From the NCBI GenBank assembly GCA_002269645.1, contig NIVC01001745.1, positions 68,826 through 132,825 on the forward strand: a DNA stretch of 64,000 nt, in the 5' to 3' direction. The stretch's first letter is position 1, and the number at the start of each line of letters is the position of its first letter. Origin of the DNA: Macrostomum lignano. Its lineage: Eukaryota. Below, piece by piece: positions 30,076-40,500 of this stretch. Under the pieces are notes generated by a model that saw nothing but the letters and a program-made list of their open reading frames with translations, was not told the origin of the DNA and did no database searches. The position numbers were made by a program, and so were the translations under genes.

Positions 30076-30706
30076 CGGATGTTCTCCCACCCCATATCCC
30101 CATGCCACATTGGGGAATCAACCCCCCATCATTTATAAATGAAGCAAAGTTAGCGAACACAGTAATATTTTAAAAGTTGCGACTGTCGCTGCTTCAATGT
30201 TGTTAAAAGAGGCTTTTGTATTGGCTAAATGATTGACAAACTTAATGGATAACTTATCGAATTGGAAATTTAATACATGTATATAAAATTTGTCAATTTT
30301 TTGTTTAAAAACTTCTCATCTCAATGGCTCTACAACAAGGAATGTTTATGGATTTTAAAAGCAACTTTAGGCCATCCAGATCGTTAGGAATTTTGATAAA
30401 AAAGATGAGCTAAAAAATTGGAATGTTTTACACGATGGTAGCTAACTTTCGAATTGGATTCTTTTAAAATACCAAAGCTGATTAAAACAATACAAGTAAT
30501 AATAGGAATACGAATAAAAATGTGCCACACATACTACTTACAAAAACTAGCAGTAGTCGAATTAAAAATATTTAGTACACTTAAATGAAGGATAAATATA
30601 AATTCATATACCAAGCAGCCTACTAAATAACTCAGTTGGCAGTAGTACACTGCGGAAATAACCGTCATTTAATGAGTTTTCGCGCACAGAAAAACAATAA
30701 GCCCCG

Positions 30707-33700
30707 TCAAACGTCGGTTGAGCCGCTAATTCCACCGGGGCCGCCGAAGGAGCCCTGGCTTGGCGGCCGGTAGTACGAGTCCGGCGGCGGCGGCGGCTCC
30801 TGCTGGTGCTGACGGCTTGCCGGCTTTGGCGCCTTCTTCGGCTTCGGCTTAGGAGGCGGCGGAGGCGGCACCGACTGCGGCTGCGGCTCCGAAGGCGGCG
30901 GCGGTGGGGGCGCGTAGGCGCGCAAGAAGCCGTGTTGCTCGGGCTGGTAATCCTCTGCAGAGGGTTGGGTTTAGGGAAATAAGATGCAAGGAAGAATGAA
31001 TTCTCTAAGCATTTCGAATCCAATGTTAAATTCATCCTATTTGTATCTTGCTAAAGGATCAAAACCTCAAGCTAAAGGATTCCAATCTCAACCCAAACGA
31101 TCAAAATCTCAAGCTAAAGGATAAAAATCTCAAGCTAAAAGATCAAAATCTCAACCTAAACGATTAAAATCCCAAGATAAAGGATCAAAACCTCAAGCTA
31201 AAGGATTCCAATCTCAACCCAAACGATCAAAATCTCAAGCTAAAGGATAAAAATCTCAAGCTAAAAGATCAAAATCTCAACCTAAACGATTAAAATCCCA
31301 AGATAAAGGATCAAAACCTCAAGCTAAAGGATTCCAATCTCAACCCAAACGATCAAAATCTCAAGCTAAAGGATAAAAATCTCAAGCTAAAAGATAAAAA
31401 TCTCAACCTAAACGATTAAAATCCCAAGATAAAGGATAAAACCTCAAGCTAAAGGATTCCAATCTCAACCCAAACGATCAAAATCTCAAGCTAAAGGATA
31501 AAAACCTCAAGCTAAAGGATAAAAATTCAGCTAAAAGATAAAAATCTCAAGTTAAAGATAAAAATTCAGCTAAAGGATAAAAATCTCAAGCTAAAGGATA
31601 AAAATTCAGCTAAAAGATAAAAATCTCAAGTTAAAGATAAAAATTCAGCTAAAGGATAAAAACCTCAAGCTAAAGGATAAAAATTCAGCTAAAAGATAAA
31701 AATCTCAAGTTAAAGATAAAAATTCAGCTAAAAGATAAAAATCTCATGTTAAAGATAAAAATTCAGCTAAAGGATAAAAATCTCAAGCTAAAGGATAAAA
31801 ATTCAGCTAAAAGATAAAAATCTCAAGTTAAAGATAAAAATTCAGCTAAAGGATAAAAATCTCAAGCTAAAGGATAAAAATTCAGCTAAAAGATCAAAAT
31901 CTCAAGTTAAAGATAAAAATTCAGCTAAAGGATAAAAATCTCAAGCTAAAGGATAAAAATCTCAAGCTAAAGGATAAAAATCTCAAGCTAAAAGATCAAA
32001 ATCTCAACCTAAACGATTAAAATCCCAAGATAAAGGATCAAAACCTCAAGCTAAAGGATTCCAATCTCAACCCAAACGATCAAAATCTCAAGCTAAAGGA
32101 TAAAAATCTCAAGCTAAAAGATAAAATCTCAACCTAAACGATCAAAACCTCAAGCTAAAGGATAAAAATCTCAAGCTAAAGGATAAAATCTCAACCTAAA
32201 CGATCAAAACCTCAAGCTAAAGGATAAAAATCTCAAGCTAAAGGATAAAATCTCAACCTAAACGATCAAAACCTCAAGCTAAAGGATAAAAATCTCAAGC
32301 TAAAGGATAAAATCTCAACCTAAACGATCAAAACCTCAAGCTAAAGGATAAAAATTCAGCTAAAAGATCAAAATCTCAAGTTAAAGATAAAAATTCAGCT
32401 AAAGGATAAAAATTCAGCTAAAGGATAAAAATTCAGCTAAAGGATAAAAATTCAGCTAAAGGATAAAAATTCAGCTAAAGGATAAAAATCTCAAGCTAAA
32501 GGATAAAAATCTCAAGCTAAAGGATAAAAATCTCAAGCTAAAGGATAAAAATCTCAAGCTAAAGGATAAAAATCTCAAGCTAAAGGATAAAAATCTCAAG
32601 CTAAAGAATAAAAATCCCAAGCTTAAGGACAAAAATCTCAAGCTAAAGAATAAAAATCCCAAGCTTAAGGACAAAAATCTCAAGCTAAAGGATAAAAGCC
32701 TTAAGCTAAAGGATCAAAATCTTAAACTAAAAGATCAAAAACACACGGCAAAGGTGCCGCAGTCCGAAATCCAGAATCCACTCAAAACATCGGCGCACTC
32801 TTCTCACCTTCGGGCGGGTCAGAGGACCGTCTTGGCAGGCTGTCGATGGAGCCTTCGATCGAGCGTCTGCCAGGCACTCGCGGAGCCGGCTTCGGGGCAG
32901 TTGCGGCGCCTGAACCTGGCCGGGACTAGCGGCGCTGAACGCCGGCTTGTTGACCGGGTTGTACTCGTCATCGTTGTAGGGCGGCGAGGCGGGAGCGGCG
33001 GCGTACGAGGCGGCGGCGGCCGACATCGGTGGGGGTTCGTCGCCGCCTAAGTAGAAATGAAAAGTGGTTAGGTGCGTCGCTAAAATATGTCGCTGAAATG
33101 TGTGGGTAGAATGTCGCTGAAATGTGTGGGTAGAATGTCGCTGAGATGTGTGGGTAGAATGTCGCTGAGATGTGTGGGTAGAATGTCGCTGAGATGTGTG
33201 GGTAGAATGTCGCTGAGATGTGTGGGTAGAATGTCGCTGAGATGTGTGGGTAGAATGTTGCTGAGATGTGTGGGTAGAATGTCGCTGAGATGTGTGGGTA
33301 GAATGTCGCTGAGATGTGTCGGTAGACTCACTGCTCATGAAGGTGTGGGGCTTGTTCTCCATGGGCGGCTCATCTGGTTCGAAGTCGCCTTCTCCGCCAG
33401 CGGCAGCGGCAGCTCCACTCTGGAAGCCGGAGGCGTAGGGCCCGCCGAACCCGGCGCCCAGCTGTGGTTCATCCTCCTGCGGCAGCAGCTTGCCTCGCTT
33501 GGCTGAAGTGCGCAAGATTTGTAGAGTTTTAATGCTAATCTCATTACAGTGAGCATTAATTATTAGGAAACTATATGTATCAAATATACATCAAATATCA
33601 CATCATGGGAATCCGAATCCCATCATTAGAGAATCCCGAATCCCATCATAAGAATCCCGAATCCCATCATGAGATAATCCCAAATCCCATCATTAGAGAA

Positions 33701-36700
33701 TCCTAAATCCCATCATGAGAATCGCATCATGAGAGAATCCCGAATCCCATCATTAGAGAATCCCGAATCCCATCATTAGAGAATCCCGAATCACATCATG
33801 AGAAAATCCCGAATCCCATCATTAGAGAATCCCGAATCGCATCATTAGAGAATCCCGAATCCCATCATTAGAGAACCCCGAAACCCATCATGAGATAATC
33901 TCAAATCCCATCATTAGAGAATCCCAAATCCCATCATGAGAATCGCATCATGAGAGAATCCCGAATCCCATCATTAGAGAACCCCGAATCCCATCATAAG
34001 TCCCATCACGAGAGAATACTTTACCTTCCAGTCGCCGCTTGCGCACGAAGAACAGGAAGATGATGAGCGCGATGAGGGCCAGCAGGATGAGCACCATGCA
34101 GATGAACCAGGTGGCGCTGGCGCCCCGCAGAGCGTTCGGGCTGGGTTCGCCTCCCGTCTGCATCCGGACAATGTCGCTGTATGACGTCATCGCGGCGCCA
34201 TTCGTGGCCACAACGCGGATGTCGTACCAGGCGTCGTTCTCCAGGCCGTCGATCTGAATCCATCGGTTGCGATACTCGCGCTGCGTCTCAAACCATTTGT
34301 TGCGGCCTGGAAATGAGAAATAGATAAACGGATTAAAGGACTTCCTAAATGGAAGTTAATGCCGATTCCTTGGCACTTATAGCGCAGCTCACCTGGCATC
34401 CGGTACTGCACATAGAACACCGAACCGGACACTCCAGCGGTGGACGGAGCGAAGGTGACGTTGAACGCCTGCTGGCCGATGGCGCTAACAGAGAAGGTCG
34501 GCGGACTGGGCGCTTTGTTAGGCGGCGCGGTGCGCACGTCCAGAAAGTTGGGCTCGCCGTTGCCCTGAGGGAAGGAAGATTCCGGATCTTCTTAGCATAG
34601 CTCGTAGTATAAAACCGGAAGCAAGCAAAAAACTAGTCTAAGAAGAACCGGAAGTAATCAAAACTTGTCGTAACAGGACCGGAACTAATAAAAACCGTCA
34701 AAACAAAGCCGGAAGTATTGAAAACCCGTCTAAACAGGACCGGAAGTAATAAAAACCCGTCTAAACAGGACCGGAAGTAATAAAAACCCGTCTAAACAGG
34801 ACCGGAAGTAATAAAAACCCGTCTAAACAGGACCGGAAGTAATAAAAACCCGTCTAAACAGGACCGGAAGTAATAAAAACTCGTCTAAACAGGACCGGAA
34901 GTGATAAAAACTAGTCTAAACAGTAGCGGGGAATAATAAAAACCAGTATAAACGAAACCGGAAATCTTATCTGAACGGGACTTTTGGTCAAACAAGCAAT
35001 CAGCAGTTCCAATCCATGGCAATGCTTACCACTGCAGTCCTGGCGTACAGGTACACCCGGTAGTTAGTGTCGGGCTTGAGGCCGGTGACGGCCCCGCGGG
35101 TCTGGGTTGGGTCAGTCAGCGGCGGCGCCAGGGTGAGGTAGCCCAGACTGAGCCCGTTGATCTCCTGGTAGGCCATCTGATAGCCGATGAGGCGCCCGTT
35201 AGGCTGCGGCGGCACCTGCCAGTCGAATTCCAGGTGGTTGACGCCCGTGACTGACAGGACGAAGTCTCCGACCTGCAATGCGCGACGAAAATGACGCCGT
35301 TCTTCAGTACCCCCTCCCTGATTCTTCAGTGCCCTATGACCTGATTCTTCAGTGCCCTATGACCCGATTCTTCAGTGCCCTATGACCCGATTCTTCAGTG
35401 CCCTATGACCCGATTCTTCTTTGCCCTATGACCCGATTCTTCAGTGCCCTATGACCCGATTCTTCAGTGCCCTATGACCCGATTCTTCAGTGCCCTATGA
35501 CCCGATTCTTCAGTGCCCTCTTCCCGATTCTTCAGTGCCGCCACTCACCTGTCCCGGGGTGCCCTCCTTAGTAGTGAACTCAACCGTGGCGCTGGGCGGG
35601 CCGGCGTAGTACTTGTTGAGCACCCTGACCCAGGCCCGGATGGTGGTGGAGCCGGGCAGATGAGTCAGCTTGCCATTATAAGTGAAGGCGGCCACCGCCT
35701 GCCGCTTGGTTCTCGTATTCAACGTGCCAACCATAGACGGGCCATCAATAGCTCGGAATATGAAATCTTGGAAGCGCTTCTTGACCAGACAATCAGCGGC
35801 CGTCAAATTGCTCAGACACCATTCGACTCGGAAGCCGCGAAAGTAGCCACGAATTCTGTCGACATCTTTCTCTGGATCGCTTTGCATCGACCAGCTGAGT
35901 AAGACGCTGTCCGACTGTAGCGGATCCGAGCCCGAGCCGCTGTCCAGAGCAAAATTATCGGGCGATACGGTCGGTGCCTCCTCGCCAGAGTAGCCAACCG
36001 ACTCCGGCCTTGTTGCGCTGCTGTCGCCCTCAGAATTCCTGGCATAGATACTCAGTCTGTACTTTTTGAATACTTCGATATTGTAGCGAGTGTTGCCGAC
36101 GTACAGATCGTTGAATTCCACTTTCTCTTGTCGAGGATTCACTATTTGGGTCTCGTTCCTGCTGCCTTTGGGCATTGTGACGCAGTTCATGCATTCCACA
36201 ATTAGCACGTAGCTCACTTTCTCGCCGTTATAGTCCAGCGGCGAGAGCGGGGTCCAGTAGACCACCAGATTCTGGGGCCGGTTGCCTTCCGCCCACAGAT
36301 TTGTTGGGTTCACCGAAGGAATTTTCGGCTGCAGCCGACACGAGGGTGACGTCACCGATCTGCGGTGCGGGGAAGAAGGGTTGGAGGAAGGTGTCAGGTG
36401 GGGAGAGTGTCAGGTGGGGAAGGTGTCAGGAGGGAAAGGTGTCAGGTGGGGAGGGTGTCAGGTGGGGAAGGTGTCAGGTGGGGAGGGTGTCAGGTGGGGA
36501 GGGTGTCAGATGGGGAGGGTGTCAGATGGGGAGGGTGTGAGGTGGGGAGGGTGTAAGTGTGGGGAAGGTGTCAGGTGGGGAGGGTGTGAGGTGGGGAGGG
36601 TGTCAGATGGGGAGGGTGTCAGGTGGGGAAGGTGTCAGGAGGGGAGGGTGTCAGATGGGGAAGGTGTCAGATGGGGAAGGTGTCAGATGGGGAAGGTGTC

Positions 36701-37532
36701 AGGTGGGGAAAGTGTCAGGTAGGCAAGTGTCAAATAGGGAAGGTGTCAGTGTATGGAGATAGACAATAAACTCAGTATCAAACGCAGTCCAACACGCACC
36801 TAGATGGCTCGCTCTCGCCGACCACATTGATGCCCTTGACGCGGAAGCTGTACTGAATATTGGGGTGCATTTTCACTTGCACCTGAGTGTCGGTAGGCTC
36901 TGTGGAGCCAAACTGCGGCGCAACGTACCAAGTATCGCTGGCGTACTGAGTGGAGAATTCCACAACATATCGCAGTACAGGCGCATAATTATCCGTGCCG
37001 GGATTCCACTTCACCTGGGCGATGTCATCGGACTTGAACTTGTCGCAGTCAACTTCCAAATTGGTTGGCATCTCCGGCCGGCCCATGATCATCAGCATGG
37101 CGCTCTTGGAGTCGTAGTCCAGACCGTTCGTGGCGTTGCAAGTGTAGATGCCAGTGTCCAGCGGCTTGGCCCCGCTCACTATCAGCGAGTAGTCCGGCAA
37201 GTTGATGGTCAGGCGGGGATTCTGATCGAAGTCGATAATGGTGCCGTCTTTGGACCATTGGATGATGAGGTTTTTCTCCTCTTTCAGATCCGTGATGGCC
37301 GTGCAGATGAGCTTCACCTCCTGGCCTTCGTAGACGCGGGTGTCCTGCGGCGCCATGGAGATTTCTGTCGGCTGGCGGACCGTCACTGTGCCGCTGGCGG
37401 TGCGGGAGCCTGCGGGGTGGCGGGGCTGCTGCGGACTGACTGGCGGACAGACAGGCAGACAGACAGACAGACAGACAGACAGAAAGACAGGCAGACAGAC
37501 AGGCAGACAGACAGGCAGACAGACAGACAGAA

Positions 37533-37585
<53 letters not shown>

Positions 37586-40500
37586 GGCAGACAGACAGAC
37601 AGAAAGACAGACGGAAAGACAGACACTAAGACAGACAGACAGACAGACAGACAGACAGGCAGACAGGCAGACAGACAGACAGGCAGACAGACAGGCAGGC
37701 GGACAGGCAGTCAGGCAGACAGACAGGCAGACAGGCAGTCAGGCACAAGCACTATAACTAACCAAAGTCATTAGTGGCGGTGCACTCGTAGGTGCCCGAG
37801 TCTGTGATTGACAGCTCGGCAATAAGCAGGTCGCCATTATCCTGCAGCTGATATCTGCCGCCAGTGATCGGTTCGCCATTCTTTTTCCAAGCTACAACGG
37901 CGCGAGGCGCGCTGAACGTCTGGCAGGGCATGATGAAGCGGCTCCTGGCGGCGGCCTTGGTGTCGGCGGGGGCCAGGACAAAGGTTGGCGGCTCGCGCAG
38001 CACATTCAGATAGGCATTGGTGTAGATGTAGCCGTACTTATTAGTGCAGTTGCACTGCACCACCAATGGATCTTTAAGGGTGAGATTTTTGAAATGGAAC
38101 TCCTTGCCAACGGGGGCGCTGCGGTTGTCGTACTGGTTGGCAGGGACGCCGTTGATGAACCACTTGGGGTCGCCGTCGGCGCTGCCGGCTTCGCAGCGGA
38201 AGGTGTGACTGCCGCCCTCTGGCACGGAGATGTCGGTTGGCTTCTCGATCCAGTAGGGCTCGCTGAATACATTTACAACAAAGGTGCCGGACGGCGGACT
38301 GCCACCAATCTGGGCGTTGGTGCCCGTGCACTGGTAGTTGCCTGGGGGCGGGGGGGGTAAATTCAAGTCTAACTTGCATGCCACTCGTGACTACTGAGAG
38401 TAATATGATGGCTTAGTGGGCTCGGACTGAGAATGGCCCAGCAACTGAGGATCTGGGAGGCTGGCCCAGCAACTGAGGATCTGGGAGGCTGGCCCAGCAA
38501 CTGAGGATCTGGGAGGCTGGCCCAGCAACTGAGGATCTGAGGTGGCCCAGCAACTGAGGACCTGGGAGGCTGGCCCAGCAACTGAGGATCTGGGAGGCTG
38601 GCTCGGCAACTGAGGATCTGAGAGGCTGGCCCAGCAACTGAGGACCTGAGGTGGCCCAGCAAATGAGGATCTGGGAGGCTGGCTCGGCAACTGAGGATCT
38701 GAGAGGCTGGCCCAGCAACTGAGGATCTGGAAGGCTGGCCCAGCAAATGAGGATCTGGGAGGCTGGCTCGGCAACTGAGGATCTGAGAGGCTGACCCAGC
38801 AACTGAGGATCTGAGAGGTTGGCCCAGCAACTGAGGACCTGAGGTGGCCCAGCAACTGAGGATCTGGGAAGCAGCAACTGAGGATCTGGGAGGCTGGCCA
38901 ACAACTGAGGATCTGGGAGGCTGGTCCAGCAACTGAGGACCTGGGAGGCTGGCCCAGCAACTGAGGACCTGGGAGGCTGGCCCACAACTGAGGATCTGAG
39001 AGGCTGGCCCAGCAACTGAGGACCTGAGGTGGCCCAGCAACTGAGGATCTGGGAAGCAGCAACTGAGGATCTGGGAGGCTGGTCCAGCAACTGAGGATCT
39101 GGGAGGCTGGTCCAGCAACAGAGGATATGGGAGGCTGGCATGGGACTTGGGGAGATCAGCAGACGTGCAGTCCAGACTGACCAGTATGAATATCCTTGTC
39201 AATATCGATGAGCTGCAGGCGGGCACCGGAGTCTAGCAGCTGCATCCGGGCCCACTCCTCGCTAGTGGTGATCTTGGCCGAGTCCTTCTTCCACTCGATC
39301 ATAGGAGTCGGGTAGCCGGAGAAGAAGCAGAACAAATCCAGAGTTTTATTAACCAGGGCGCTCTGCACGCTGGGCTTCTGCGCCATGAGCTGAGCAGCCG
39401 GGTACAGGACATTGGTGCGCACAGTCAGCTTGTAGTTGCGACCCTCAGCTGTTCGACGGACAATGTCATTCCTGACGCCGCATTTGTAGGTCGCCGTATC
39501 AGACTCTTGAACGTTGGCGAACATAAGCGCGCCAGTGACTGGGTGAATGTTGATCCGATTGGACATTGTCAGAGTCTGCGTGCCAGCGCCGGTAACTCTG
39601 TACCAAACTATGGTGGCCTCCGGGTAAGAGGTTGGCGCGTTGCACGGGAATGTCACCTTGTCGCCTGAGGAGCGCTCCACGTTGACGTCGGGCTCTTTAG
39701 CAAAGTTGTACAGCTCGGCGCGGCGGAGCACCTGGGGGTGGGAGCGGATCGGGAGGTTAGGAGACCTGAGTTGGCTTAATAAATAGAAACACTGGCGTGA
39801 TGGCTTAAGAGAATGGTTGTCAAATCTGGGGATCAGAGAGGTTTATAATCCAGGCTGAGGATCTGGGAGATTGTTGGGATAACCTGAGGATCTGGGAGAT
39901 TGTTGGGATAACCTGAGAATCTGGGAGGTTGTTGGGATAACCTGAGGATCTAGGAGATTGTTGGGATAACCTGAGGATCTGGGAGATTGTTGGGATAACC
40001 TGAGAATCTGGGAGGTTGTTGGGATAACCTGAGGATCTAGGAGATTGTTGGGATAACCTGAGGATCTGGGAGATTGTTGGGATAACCTGAGGATCTGGGA
40101 GATTGTTGGGATAACCTAAAGATCTGGGAGATTGTTGGGATAACCTAAAGATCTGGGAGATTGTTGGGATAACCTGAGAATCTGGGAGGTTGTTGGGATA
40201 ACCTGAGGATCTAGGAGATTGTTGGGATAACCTGAGGATCTGGGAGATTGTTGGGATAACCTGAGAATCTGGGAGGTTGTTGGGATAACCTGAGGATCTA
40301 GGAGATTGTTGGGATAACCTGAGGATCTGGGAGATTGTTGGGATAACCTGAGGATCTGGGAGATTGTTGGGATAACCTAAAGATCTGGGAGATTGTTGGG
40401 ATAACCTAAAGATCTGGGAGATTGTTGGGATAACCTAAGGATCTGGGAGATTGTTGGGATAACCTGAGAATCTGGGAGGTTGTTGGGATAACCTGGGGAT

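Noticed and set aside
30604-31035. Arg/Ser-rich ORF resembling an SR protein
   Set aside because: It is an alternative frame of the Pro-rich last neuroglian exon. The other frame carries the FIGQY-like and PDZ motifs. Kept only as a possible consequence of the exon 11 frame conflict.
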